The notes: generated from the letters alone by a model not told the origin. Shown: positions 1 through 9,443, counted from the first letter of the stretch. The stretch: 64,000 bases of DNA from Candidatus Saccharimonadia bacterium (GCA_046597065.1 JBKJLI010000003.1:290841-354840); one strand, 5' to 3'. A program made the numbers and translations.

Positions 1-514
1 TTCCAGCTGCCAGGCTGGCACGAGCCAGCTCAATATATATGCGAGTTTTGCCAGAACCGGTCACACCCTGTAGTAAATAACTGGTTTCTTTTCCCGACAT
101 GATGCGGCTAAAAGCAGTTGTTTGCTCGGCGGTCAGTTTGTGATCTGGTGCCGGCAGTTCAATGAACTCTACGGCTTTGGTATTGGCCCGCCGCTTTTTT
201 GTGATTCCAGCTGGTAGTATAGTCTGCCAAACTGCCTTGGCGCTGGCGAAATAGTAGTTTTTCATCCATTCTGCCAGCTGCACCAGGTGGGAGGGTAACG
301 GCTTAAGCTCTAGAGAATCGGCCACGGGTTTGGTTTTAAATTCCGGTATCGCTACATTGACCGCCGTTACCACCCCGATAGCCGTCCGACTGCCTAATGG
401 TATCCTTACAATTTGTCCGATATCCAAATTGTTCTCGGTTGAATAAGTGAACCCTGCGCTGTTGGCGCCGGTATAAGTAAGTGGCTCCACCACTACAAAG
501 TGTTGTTTACTCAT
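1..514 (-). CDS. priA: Primosomal protein N' (5' part; runs off window edge)
   Basis: Manual translation from ATG at 514: MSKQHFVVVEPLTY...FTY...GQIVRIPLG...LAEWMKNYY...LLQGVTGSGKTRIY (PriA N-domain and Walker A). Confidence 0.9.
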   Translation of the reverse strand, partial: MSKQHFVVVEPLTYTGANSAGFTYSTENNLDIGQIVRIPLGSRTAIGVVTAVNVAIPEFKTKPVADSLELKPLPSHLVQLAEWMKNYYFASAKAVWQTILPAGITKKRRANTKAVEFIELPAPDHKLTAEQTTAFSRIMSGKETSYLLQGVTGSGKTRIYIELARASLAAG

Positions 515-587
515 ATCTATATTGTAACCGAGCGACGCACTGTGCGATTGTCCCCACCCAGCTGAATGCGTTACACTATCAACCATT

Positions 588-1916
588 GTGAGTTTACGTT
601 GGAAGTTTTGGTTAATCATATTGCTGACGCTGGTGTGCGTCGGCTTGGCCTACCCGCGCGAAGATCAGATTTTTAAAGCTCTCGGCCTAAAAAATACCAA
701 ACTACAAGTTAAGCAAGGGCTGGATTTACAGGGCGGCGCATATCTGTCGTTCCAGGCTGATCTGGCAAAAACTGCTAGCGGTGATCGCGACAAAGCCATG
801 AATGCCCTTATAGAAGTGATTCAAAAACGAGCCAACCCCAGCGGTACCGCCGAAGTGTCGGTTCAACGGCAGGGAAGCGACAGAGTAGTGGTTCAGCTGC
901 CCGGAGTAAAAGACGTTAATGATGCCATCGACCGCATTGGTCGAACCGCCAATCTTACCTTTCTAGAGATTCCTGGTGGTGCTGGAGGTGCAACTGCTGG
1001 CACCAATCCCGCCCAAGATACCGGTATTAGTGGTAAGGATGTCGATCGGGCCGATGTCGATTTTGATACCACCAGAAATCAGCCAATCGTTACTTTAACG
1101 CTTAAAAGTGAGTCCACCCAGAAGTTTGGCGACTTAACCACACGCATAAATAAAGAGGGCGGTCAGTTGGTAACCTTGCTTGATGAGCAGGTGATATTTG
1201 GACCGGCCACAGTATCGTCGCCAATCACCGATGGCCGCGCCCAACTAGAAGGTAACTTTAAGAGTGTCGCCGAAGCCCGTAAAGTGGCTGATCAAATTAC
1301 GGCCGGCGCTCTACCAGTGCCGGTGACTCTAGTTGAAGAGCGCAGCGTAGGGCCAACGCTGGGCCAGGAATCGATCCAGCACAGCCTGGTGGCTGGCATC
1401 ATTGGCCTAGCCGTTGTGGCCCTGTTTATGGTGGCCTATTACCGCATTGCTGGATTACTGGCGGTGGCCGCTCTAGCCATCTACACCTTGGTAACGCTGG
1501 CGATTTATAAGCTTAGTGGCATCACGCCGTATGCGATTGTGCTGACCCTAGCAGGCACAGCTGGTTTTATTCTAAGTATAGGAATGGCCGTTGATGCCAA
1601 CATTCTAATTTTTGAGCGGTTAAAAGAAGAACTGCGAGCTGGAAAATCCTACCAGGCGGCTTTAGAAGCTGGCTTTGACCGCGCCTGGACATCAATCCGC
1701 GACTCTAACGCCTCCACCTTAATCACTTGCTTTATTCTTTACCTATTCGGAGCGCCGATCATCAAAGGTTTTGCCGTTACGCTTGGTTTGGGAGTACTCA
1801 TCAGTTTGTTTAGTTCAATTGTGGTTACTCGCACATTTATGCGCTTAGCGGTACAGCGCGGTTGGGGTCGTAAGCCCGGTACGTACGGCTTGAAAGCAGA
1901 CGAGGTCAGCCCATGA
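588..1916 (+). CDS. secD: Protein translocase subunit SecD
   Basis: GLDLQGG, SVGPTLG, GMAVDANILIFER and IRDSN motifs. Confidence 0.97.
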   Translation: MSLRWKFWLIILLTLVCVGLAYPREDQIFKALGLKNTKLQVKQGLDLQGGAYLSFQADLAKTASGDRDKAMNALIEVIQKRANPSGTAEVSVQRQGSDRVVVQLPGVKDVNDAIDRIGRTANLTFLEIPGGAGGATAGTNPAQDTGISGKDVDRADVDFDTTRNQPIVTLTLKSESTQKFGDLTTRINKEGGQLVTLLDEQVIFGPATVSSPITDGRAQLEGNFKSVAEARKVADQITAGALPVPVTLVEERSVGPTLGQESIQHSLVAGIIGLAVVALFMVAYYRIAGLLAVAALAIYTLVTLAIYKLSGITPYAIVLTLAGTAGFILSIGMAVDANILIFERLKEELRAGKSYQAALEAGFDRAWTSIRDSNASTLITCFILYLFGAPIIKGFAVTLGLGVLISLFSSIVVTRTFMRLAVQRGWGRKPGTYGLKADEVSP

Positions 1917-2824
1917 ATATAATTGCCCGTCGCCGTTGGTGGTATGCCATCTCGCTTTTGATTATTGTTCCCGGTACCATCGCCCTGTTTACGCATGGCC
2001 TAAAGCTTGGAATCGACTTTAAGGGTGGGCAACTGCTCGAAGTAGAGGGGCGGGTGGTTCAGGCTGATGTTAGCGGAGTGGCCGGTCAACTGAAAATTAA
2101 AGATTTATCGGTTACGCCAGCCGGAGGCAACACTTTGATCCGTTATCGCGATGAGGCCGAGCCAAAAACTCAGCAAAGCAACCGTCAACAGCTTAGTCAA
2201 ACCTTGGGCACATCTGGCCACAAAGAGGTTCGCTTTGAAACCGTGGGCCCATCTGTAAGTCAGGATATTACTCGAAATGCCTTAATTGCGGTCGGGCTGG
2301 CGGCCCTAGCCATTGTGCTCTACATAGCCTTTGCATTCCGAAATGTGCCACCACCAATGAAATCGTGGAATTTTGGCGTAGCCGCTATCATCGCTATGCT
2401 TCATGATGCGGTATTGTTACTGGGAGTTTTCTCGCTGCTCGGAATTTTCTTTAATGTTGAAGTCGACGCGCTGTTTGTAACCGCCATCCTTACTGTTATC
2501 GGTTTCTCTGTTCATGACACGATCGTTGTATTCGACCGTATCCGCGAAAATCTGCGACGCGAAAGAGGAGAGTTTAGCGATATTGTAAATAACAGTATCC
2601 TTGAAACCTTCGCCCGTTCGCTTAACACCTCGTTAACCGTATTATTAACACTTTTGGCGCTGTATTTGTTTGGTGGTGAGTCGATCAAGCTGTTCGTTTT
2701 AGCTTTGTTGATCGGTGTAGCATCGGGCACCTATTCATCAATCTTTAACGCCTCCCCAATTCTAGTTAGTTGGCACAATTGGAGGCTTAATCGCGAAGCC
2801 AAAGCAGCTGCCCGAAAAGCCTAA
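1913..2824 (+). CDS. secF: Protein translocase subunit SecF
   Basis: LGIDFKGG, GFSVHDTIVVFDRIRE, GTYSSIF; overlaps secD stop. Confidence 0.97.
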   Translation: MNIIARRRWWYAISLLIIVPGTIALFTHGLKLGIDFKGGQLLEVEGRVVQADVSGVAGQLKIKDLSVTPAGGNTLIRYRDEAEPKTQQSNRQQLSQTLGTSGHKEVRFETVGPSVSQDITRNALIAVGLAALAIVLYIAFAFRNVPPPMKSWNFGVAAIIAMLHDAVLLLGVFSLLGIFFNVEVDALFVTAILTVIGFSVHDTIVVFDRIRENLRRERGEFSDIVNNSILETFARSLNTSLTVLLTLLALYLFGGESIKLFVLALLIGVASGTYSSIFNASPILVSWHNWRLNREAKAAARKA

Positions 2825-2969
2825 ACTAGGTCAAGCTCACTATTGCCGAACAAGTTTTGTATACTCGCAACTTAAGCGGTAGCGGTTTGCAATGAACCGG
2901 CGCTTTTAGTAATATAAGTACAACACCAAGTGGGGTGCCAGTAACTCAAGTGAGGTTGTAGTTGTCACA

Positions 2970-3254
2970 ATGTTAGAGGTTTTTATTACATCTAAGACTC
3001 GCCGCAAGATCATCACGGTCTATACCAAGTATCCCGATCACAAGGCCCATGTGCGAGCTTTAGCCCAGATGATTCGTGAAGATCCCGGTAACGTACAGCG
3101 CGAACTTAAACGCCTGGCCGAAATCGGATTTGTAAAAGCCAGTAAGGAAGGCAACACCAACGTTTACTCGGCCAACCCCAAATTTTCGTTGTACAAAGAG
3201 CTGCAAAGCATGGTGCTAAAGTCACAAGCCTCCAAGCGCCGCCTGGTTCAATAA
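2970..3254 (+). CDS. Stand-alone winged helix-turn-helix protein (ArsR-like)
   Basis: SKTRRKI...HVRALA...PGNVQRELKRL..IG......GN...Y pattern typical of wHTH domains. Confidence 0.7.
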   Translation: MLEVFITSKTRRKIITVYTKYPDHKAHVRALAQMIREDPGNVQRELKRLAEIGFVKASKEGNTNVYSANPKFSLYKELQSMVLKSQASKRRLVQ

Positions 3255-3277
3255 GCCTAAAATTTGCCCTAATAAGA

Positions 3278-3306
3278 TTGACGTACCCGGTATCAGCGGG
3301 TATTCT
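3278..3306 (+). promoter_or_regulatory. Sigma70 promoter of the orphan gene pair, with an inverted repeat in the spacer
   Basis: TTGACG-17 nt-TATTCT; TACCCG-gtatcag-CGGGTA inverted repeat spans the spacer. Confidence 0.6.
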
Positions 3307-3355
3307 TTTGGCCAAGCTCCGGGTGGAGGAGAGTACCTTTTAGAGAGGAATTTAG

Positions 3356-3721
3356 ATGCGCACGATTGGGCATTTCTCACGATTTGTGCTCGAGTCGCTC
3401 CGGCGGGGCTGGAATGGCCTGCGCCCCAAGACGATGAATCAAGTCATGATTGCCTTTAGGGGCATGAGAGACGAGATGACAGAGTCGGGCAGTTTGACCC
3501 CATACCTCGAGCGCTGGGGCCTGACCAGCTTTGAATATGAGGCCGCCTTATATTACGTACAAAGCGGGTATCGCCTGGATGCTGCTCTAGAGCTGGCAGA
3601 AGACGACGCTCTGCATGATCCTTATAACACCTGCCGAAAGGTCCAGGAAATCTTGCTGCGCTGGGGGGCGGTTTACAAATTGGAGCCGCAACATGGAAAC
3701 AATACAAAGGTGGTGATGTAA
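3356..3721 (+). CDS. Hypothetical protein, paralog of the downstream ORF
   Basis: 121 aa ORF with GAGGA SD; shares GLT..E[YF]EAA and L.RW motifs with 3724..4044. Confidence 0.65.
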   Translation: MRTIGHFSRFVLESLRRGWNGLRPKTMNQVMIAFRGMRDEMTESGSLTPYLERWGLTSFEYEAALYYVQSGYRLDAALELAEDDALHDPYNTCRKVQEILLRWGAVYKLEPQHGNNTKVVM

Positions 3722-3723
3722 TC

Positions 3724-4044
3724 ATGGGTATTGCAGCATTGCTTAGGGCGCCATTCGTATTGATCTCAGACCTGTTCGAGATCATTACGAGCGGTGAGGC
3801 CACGCTAGAGGACGCACTTGCCGAGGTCCGTCGAGTTAGATCGGATGGAAACGGTGATTTCTTTAAGTCCAGGGGGCTGACAATCACCGAGTTCGAGGCT
3901 GCAATTCGAGTGCTAGAGGCCGGCGGCCCAAGAAATGCACTCAGTCATTACGGTCGCGAGTCTCGGCTCAAAGATAAGCGCCGCTTTGATGCAACCGAGG
4001 CAGTCCTTTGTCGATGGGCGCTAGATCAACCATCTTGTCATTAA
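3724..4044 (+). CDS. Hypothetical protein, paralog of the upstream ORF
   Basis: 106 aa ORF 2 nt after the previous stop; shared motifs; followed by a GC hairpin. Confidence 0.65.
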   Translation: MGIAALLRAPFVLISDLFEIITSGEATLEDALAEVRRVRSDGNGDFFKSRGLTITEFEAAIRVLEAGGPRNALSHYGRESRLKDKRRFDATEAVLCRWALDQPSCH

Positions 4045-4050
4045 TCAACC

Positions 4051-4076
4051 CGGCGGGGGCCATAGCGCCCCCGCCG
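4051..4076 (+). terminator. GC-rich hairpin terminator
   Basis: CGGCGGGGGC-catagc-GCCCCCGCCG perfect 10 bp stem, no U-tract. Confidence 0.65.
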
Positions 4077-4154
4077 TGGTAGTAAATTTCACATCAAACT
4101 TAATAAACTAAAAGCAATAATATCTTAATAATTACTTGTTATACTTAGGGCACT

Positions 4155-5834
4155 ATGAAGGCCCAAGATACGGTTTTAGCAACTGGCGAGGCCGAGCATA
4201 AACTGCCCGGCGTGGTTAAGGCTGTGTTGCGTCAGCGCGGTATCATCGAACCCAACGAAATTGATGAATTTCTTTATCCCGATTATGAACGCGATATCGC
4301 CGACCCATATTTGATGACCGATATGGATAAAGCTATCAAACGTTTGCTCGTTGCAATCGACAAGTGTGAAAAGGTGGCGGTATACGGTGACTACGATATC
4401 GATGGTATTGCCTCTACCGCCCTGATGCTGGAAGTATTAAAGTTGCATGGGCTTGATCCGCTGGCGTATATCCCAGACCGTTACGATGAGGGATACGGCA
4501 TTAATCAGTCGGCCCTTGAATCCTTGCAAAAACAGGGTGTAACGCTAGTTATATCGGTCGATTGCGGTATCACCTCGGCCAATGAGGCTAAGTGGGCGGC
4601 TACGGCCGGCTTGGATCTTATTATCACTGATCATCATGATGTGCCAGATGAACTACCCGCTGCGGCTTTGGCGATAGTTAACCCCCGTCAAGATGGAGAC
4701 AGCTACCCGTTTAAAGATCTGGCTGGCGTTGGTGTAGCTTTTGCGGTGGTGCGAGCGCTGCAGCAGCGCACTAAAATACCCGAGGCCGGCCAAGAAAAAT
4801 GGCTTCTCGATTTAGTGGCGCTAGGCACCGTGTGCGATGTTATGCCACTAATTGGCGAAAACCGCATGCTTGTTCATTATGGGCTGATTGTACTAAGACG
4901 CACACGCCGCGTAGGTCTGGTTGCACTTAGCCAGAGTGCCGGTACCGAGCTAGCCAGTGTCAGCGCTTACCACTTGGGTTACGTGTTTGGTCCGCGGCTA
5001 AACGCCGCTGGGCGTCTAAAGCATGCCAGTCATAGTCTAGACCTTGTTACAACGACCGACCCTATAGCCGCTCAACAAATGGCTTTCGAGCTAGAAGAAA
5101 TGAACCATCAGCGCAGGTTAGAGCAAGATCGGATTACCAAGGAGGCCGAAGAACAGGCCGAAAATTACAGCGCCGACCCAGTATTGGTGCTTGCAGACTC
5201 CAGCTGGCCGCATGGTGTTGTAGGAATAGTCGCCTCAAAAATTGCCGAAAAGTATTTAAAGCCCACGTTGGTATTGCAGATATTGGATGATAAGGCCAAG
5301 GGATCCGGACGTAGTTCAGGGGGCTATAACTTAATTGATGGTTTGCGTAGTCAGGTGGGGTTGTTTGATAAACTGGGCGGCCATCACTTTGCGGCTGGCT
5401 TTACTTTAGATGTCGCTAAACTTGATGACCTGCGCCAAGGCTTAATTGGCCATTACCTAATTGCTGCCGATGACCTGCCAGCAAAGACGGTTCGCGAGGC
5501 TGATGTTGTAATTGATGATTCGGCCGACATTAACTGGGATACCTATGGCTTCTTAGAGCAGCTAGAACCTTTTGGTAATGGCAACCCTCAACCGGCCTTC
5601 GGTTTAAACAACGTTAAGCTGGTTGATATCGATACCGTAGGCAAGGACAAACAACATCTAAAGCTGCGACTGTCTAGTGAGACTGGGACTATTTTTGAGG
5701 CGATAGGCTTTGGAATGATGGAGCGCTACCCAAACTTAAAAGCCGGCCAGACTGCTAACGTGCAGTTTTACCTACAAAAAAATACGTTTAATGATCGCTC
5801 AACATTGCAGTTGGTATTGGTTTCGGTGCAATAA
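4155..5834 (+). CDS. recJ: ssDNA exonuclease RecJ
   Basis: YGDYDIDG, ISVDCG, TDHH, PRLNAAGR, GGH..AAG, LEPFGNGNP. Confidence 0.97.
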   Translation: MKAQDTVLATGEAEHKLPGVVKAVLRQRGIIEPNEIDEFLYPDYERDIADPYLMTDMDKAIKRLLVAIDKCEKVAVYGDYDIDGIASTALMLEVLKLHGLDPLAYIPDRYDEGYGINQSALESLQKQGVTLVISVDCGITSANEAKWAATAGLDLIITDHHDVPDELPAAALAIVNPRQDGDSYPFKDLAGVGVAFAVVRALQQRTKIPEAGQEKWLLDLVALGTVCDVMPLIGENRMLVHYGLIVLRRTRRVGLVALSQSAGTELASVSAYHLGYVFGPRLNAAGRLKHASHSLDLVTTTDPIAAQQMAFELEEMNHQRRLEQDRITKEAEEQAENYSADPVLVLADSSWPHGVVGIVASKIAEKYLKPTLVLQILDDKAKGSGRSSGGYNLIDGLRSQVGLFDKLGGHHFAAGFTLDVAKLDDLRQGLIGHYLIAADDLPAKTVREADVVIDDSADINWDTYGFLEQLEPFGNGNPQPAFGLNNVKLVDIDTVGKDKQHLKLRLSSETGTIFEAIGFGMMERYPNLKAGQTANVQFYLQKNTFNDRSTLQLVLVSVQ

Positions 5835-5979
5835 TTTGCATTAAGGCAGTGCATCAAAATATCTGAGCACTTAATTTATTCAAAAACCGACAATTGAGAG
5901 CCTTGTCAGCGGGCCATAAACATGGTAATCTTAAGGTCAGTTTTGTGATGGTCTAATCGACGGAAAGCAAGAGGAAGTA

Positions 5980-7275
5980 GTGGCCAAACGGTTTCAGCAT
6001 GTTCGGGGAATGCCCGATATACTACCAGCAGAGGAACAGGGTTATAGATACGCAATAGATAGCTTTTCATCGCTAGCCGATGCGGCTGGCTATGAGCGCT
6101 TACAGATTCCCGTACTAGAAGATAAGGGTGTGTTCGAACGCGGAGTTGGTGACGATACCGATGTGGTGTCTAAAGAGATGTACGTATTAACCGACCGATC
6201 GGGAAATGAGTTGGCTCTACGCCCTGAGCCCACTGCCGGTATTGTGCGGGCTTATTTAGAGCATGGTATGTCTAGTTTGCCTCAGCCGGTGCGTGTGCAG
6301 GTGGCCGGTGCCATGTTTCGCTATGATCGCCCGCAGGCCGGACGCCAGCGTCAGTTTACGCAGGTCGGCGTAGAGGTTATTGGTGAGGGTGCCTCGAGCG
6401 TTGATGCTCAGTTGGTTACCTTGGCCCTACGTTACTATCGTATGCTGGGTTTGCGTAATATTACTCTCCAAATCAACAGCCTTGGTGATACAGCCGATCG
6501 CGCTGCTTACCTTAAGGCCTTGGTGGCATATCTTAAAGAGCACAAATCTAAGTTAGCCGATGTTGATCAGAAGCGGCTTTCTGGTAATCCGTTGAGAGTG
6601 CTTGATTCCAAAGAAAAAGCTAGTCAAAAGATTATTCAAGGGGCACCTCAGATTCTTAATTATCTTTCAGAAACCAGTAAGGCCCACTTTACCGGTGTGT
6701 TGGAATATCTAGACGCTCTGGGAATCGCCTACGAATTGAATCCTCAGCTAGTGCGAGGCTTAGATTATTACACCCACACCGTATTCGAGTTTTATGGCGG
6801 CCGCGATGGCTCACAAAGCAGTCTTGGTGGTGGCGGTCGCTATAATCATCTGGTAGAGCAGCTAGGTGGCCAGCCAACTCCGGCTGCCGGTTTTGGCATT
6901 GGTATAGAGCGTGTACTACTGGAAATGCGCGAAGAGGGTATCGACATTCCGCACTCTAAACCGGTCAGCGTTTACGTTGCCAGTTTGGGTGAGCCAGCTC
7001 GCGTTAGCGCCTTTGCTTTGATCGAAAAGCTGCTGGATGCCGGAGTTGGAACAGTTGGTGCTGTCGACAAAGATGGGATTGGTCCACAACTTGAACGTGC
7101 CAACAAGCTGGGAATGCCATTTGCGGTTATCATCGGCCAAAAAGAGGTACAAGAAGAGACGGTTATTTTGCGCGATATGAAATCGGGTGCTCAGGAGATG
7201 ATGCCGCTTGCCACCATTGTTAAGGAACTGCAGACACGATTTAAACCGGTCAAGCCAGTTAAAGTGGCTAAGTAA
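5980..7275 (+). CDS. hisS: Histidine--tRNA ligase
   Basis: ALRPEPTAG, FRYDRPQAGRQRQF, LVRGLDYYT, GGGRY, GFGIGIER. Confidence 0.97.
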   Translation: MAKRFQHVRGMPDILPAEEQGYRYAIDSFSSLADAAGYERLQIPVLEDKGVFERGVGDDTDVVSKEMYVLTDRSGNELALRPEPTAGIVRAYLEHGMSSLPQPVRVQVAGAMFRYDRPQAGRQRQFTQVGVEVIGEGASSVDAQLVTLALRYYRMLGLRNITLQINSLGDTADRAAYLKALVAYLKEHKSKLADVDQKRLSGNPLRVLDSKEKASQKIIQGAPQILNYLSETSKAHFTGVLEYLDALGIAYELNPQLVRGLDYYTHTVFEFYGGRDGSQSSLGGGGRYNHLVEQLGGQPTPAAGFGIGIERVLLEMREEGIDIPHSKPVSVYVASLGEPARVSAFALIEKLLDAGVGTVGAVDKDGIGPQLERANKLGMPFAVIIGQKEVQEETVILRDMKSGAQEMMPLATIVKELQTRFKPVKPVKVAK

Positions 7276-7542
7276 GTGAACGCTTACGACTTTCTGGTCA
7301 ACACTTATAACAGTTTCCTGGCAATATTCCCTCCGTCAACCCAGTGGCTGGTAACTTTGTTTGTACTGCTGGGCGTGATTGGCGCGGCCGTTAGTATGGT
7401 GCGCAGCAACTGGCTGGCGCTGATCGTTATCGTGCTTTTACTGCCATTTTTGTTGCCCGTACTGCAGCATTTTATAAGTGATATCTTGCACTTCTTTAGT
7501 TATCTACTGCAAGCTTTGCGGTTACAGGCCCCGCCAAATTAA
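7276..7542 (+). CDS. Small membrane protein
   Basis: 88 aa, two or more hydrophobic segments, starts right after hisS stop. Confidence 0.6.
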   Translation: MNAYDFLVNTYNSFLAIFPPSTQWLVTLFVLLGVIGAAVSMVRSNWLALIVIVLLLPFLLPVLQHFISDILHFFSYLLQALRLQAPPN

Positions 7543-7561
7543 TAAGTTCGGACCCTAAACC

Positions 7562-7592
7562 CAAACAACCGCCCACAAGGGGCGGTTGTTTG
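7562..7592. terminator. Bidirectional intrinsic terminator
   Basis: CAAACAACCGCCC-acaag-GGGCGGTTGTTTG between convergent genes. Confidence 0.8.
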
Positions 7593-7609
7593 ATAGCGGT
7601 CTCTACTGC

Positions 7610-8149
7610 TTAGCTGCCAGAGATCATACGACCACAGGCAGGCCATGGCGACCAGCCGCGAACGGCAAAGTCGGCCTGAGCCTTAGCATCCTGAACCTCG
7701 GCCGGAGCCTGGTCGGGACGGGCAAAACCACCATAGCCATTCCAAGTACCCAATGAGTACTGGTAGGCGCCGTAGTAGCCGTTACCACTGTTGCGAGTGT
7801 AGGTGTTACCCGACTCACATAGACGTAAGCGGTACCAGGTATCGGCGGTGGCTGGAGCGTTGGCAACGGTTACAATCCGGACTCGCGCCTTAGCAGCCTT
7901 TTGGGCAGCCTTAGCGGCTTGAGCCTGACGCAATGGAGTCAAAACATCGGTATCGAAGTTGGGCTCCGTTGGTTTAGTCACCGCCAGTGCGGTAGCCGAG
8001 CTAGTATCTAGAGTTAGCTTGTAAGGTACGGTTTGGGCTACAGCTGCATGAGCTGTATTAGCCTGAAGCATGATCGGCAGAGCCGTCACAATTTGGGCTG
8101 GACTGGCCAACAGTAACAGTAAAGTGGCCAGAGTGTGTAAGCGGTACAT
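7610..8149 (-). CDS. Secreted Rpf-like (resuscitation-promoting factor) lytic transglycosylase
   Basis: Signal peptide; C-terminal W..L..CESG...NSGNGYYGAYQY...TW...G...WPAC Rpf domain. Confidence 0.9.
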   Translation of the reverse strand: MYRLHTLATLLLLLASPAQIVTALPIMLQANTAHAAVAQTVPYKLTLDTSSATALAVTKPTEPNFDTDVLTPLRQAQAAKAAQKAAKARVRIVTVANAPATADTWYRLRLCESGNTYTRNSGNGYYGAYQYSLGTWNGYGGFARPDQAPAEVQDAKAQADFAVRGWSPWPACGRMISGS

Positions 8150-8300
8150 GGGGGATTAGAGGACTCCTTTCTCCCGTGCGAGGCGCTTGCAGCCTCAGAG
8201 CATCATCTCTATCTGTGAAATTCCTCACACAAACGTTTAAAAGGTGCTCTGATAACTAAAAAAGCCTGTCGCAACTGGACAGACTTTCGAGTCATCGGGA
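8150..8300 (-). promoter_or_regulatory. Structured 5' leader of the rpf-like gene (candidate riboswitch/attenuator)
   Basis: Terminator-like AGTCTGTC-cagttgc-GACAGGCT-TTTTT, TCAGAGCA/TGCTCTGA stem, 5' TCCCG pairing with CGGGA next to the SD. Confidence 0.5.
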
Positions 8301-8303
8301 AGT

Positions 8304-8332
8304 ACTATACCAACATAAGCGGTATTTGTCAA
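8304..8332 (-). promoter_or_regulatory. Sigma70 promoter of the rpf-like gene
   Basis: TTGACA-17 nt-TATAGT on the minus strand. Confidence 0.8.
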
Positions 8333-8528
8333 GTAGTTTAATGTCTGGTATGATCAAAAATAGCTAAATTAACCCATCTGTACAACAGATGTGAGCAAAA
8401 ACTGCTAAAAAAGGTTGACGTTATTAACAATAAGCGGTAAAAATAGGGGGTCTTGAGTCGATATGTGATTCGAGTTTTTTTGAAAGTAGCACCTTTTTAG
8501 ACCCCCAGCACGAGGAGCGTGTTCGAGT

Positions 8529-8780
8529 ATGTGCAGCATCGCCATCCAGAGCATGATCGATGAATTCATCGCCAAGCATGAGCTCAAGTACCAAAAGATC
8601 GTCGGCAGTAAGGGGGGTTTCGATCATGCCATGTCGTTGCTCGCTCGATCGGGCATCAGCGGCACAGATCGGCGTCTGATGAAGAAGGAGCTGCACCAGG
8701 TGCTCGTGTCGAATCTCGAGAGCCAGGCCCGCAAGCGTCGTAGGGATGCAAGCCAACCCTCCGTTGCCGTACCGGCCTGA
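8529..8780 (+). CDS. Orphan small basic protein in a GC-rich cassette
   Basis: TTGACG-17-TAAAAA at 8415-8443, 5' hairpin GGGGGTCT/AGACCCCC, GAGGAG SD, GC3-rich codons. Confidence 0.55.
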   Translation: MCSIAIQSMIDEFIAKHELKYQKIVGSKGGFDHAMSLLARSGISGTDRRLMKKELHQVLVSNLESQARKRRRDASQPSVAVPA

Positions 8781-9035
8781 GCGGCCAGATGGCTCGCCCT
8801 AAGAGATTAACTACTGGCGCGAAGGGGCAACAAGGTTCTGTGAAACAGATGCCCCGGCCGTCGCCGGTCTGGCCTCCACCTGTTAGGACCGATAGTCGAC
8901 AGCGCTACCTGAATGGACGCCCCGGCCGTCGTCGTCCTCGTGCCCGGACCTGAAGTCCGGATAGCACTTGCCAAACTACGGTACCGGTTTGGCACCCCGA
9001 CCCCCGAGCCACGAATGGCATAGGGGTCGGGTCTT
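8781..9035 (+). other. Hairpin-array 3' UTR or ncRNA
   Basis: Successive stems GGCCAGA/TCTGGCC, GGGGCA/TGCCCC, CCGGAC/GTCCGG, TGCCAAAC/GTTTGGCA, CCCGACCCC/GGGGTCGGG. Confidence 0.5.
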
Positions 9036-9143
9036 CCGCACTACTTTGTTCAAAATTCTAAATCAGATCTTGCAATACGCTTATGCTTATGATAGGTTAA
9101 AAGCATAAGCCCAGATACGATTCATCCAAGGAGGATGATTCAC

Positions 9144-9443
9144 ATGCCGGGAAGCACCTCAAATGGACTGCTCGTCTGCGAAGACAGAGCCTTGGATCAT
9201 GTCGGGAAGGCTCTCCCCAAGAGGATGGCTGCGGATACGCACCGCGACCGCCTCATCCCGCACCCGCTGCACCCTCGCGAGCGCGTTCGGGTGAGCGTTG
9301 CCTGCCTCGACCTCGTCACGTGCCTCCATGAGAGGAACATTCGTCATCGACGCGGTCAGGCTCCTCGCTGTGAGGTTGATGCTCTGATCGCCATCGGAGC
9401 AGATCGCCTTCTCATCGAGGCGGTTCTCGAAGTCGCGGCCTAG
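9144..9443 (+). CDS. Orphan small protein in a GC-rich cassette
   Basis: AAGGAGG SD before ATG 9144; upstream GCTTATGCTT/AAGCATAAGC inverted repeat; downstream hairpin array. Confidence 0.5.
   Translation: MPGSTSNGLLVCEDRALDHVGKALPKRMAADTHRDRLIPHPLHPRERVRVSVACLDLVTCLHERNIRHRRGQAPRCEVDALIAIGADRLLIEAVLEVAA

Noticed and set aside
8446-8880. Possible tmRNA (GGGG...GATTCGA start, CTCCACC end, Ala-ending ORF)
   Set aside because: The 5' GGGGGTC pairs locally at about 8500 rather than with the 3' end, there is no GTTCRA T-loop, and the ORF has its own SD and ATG
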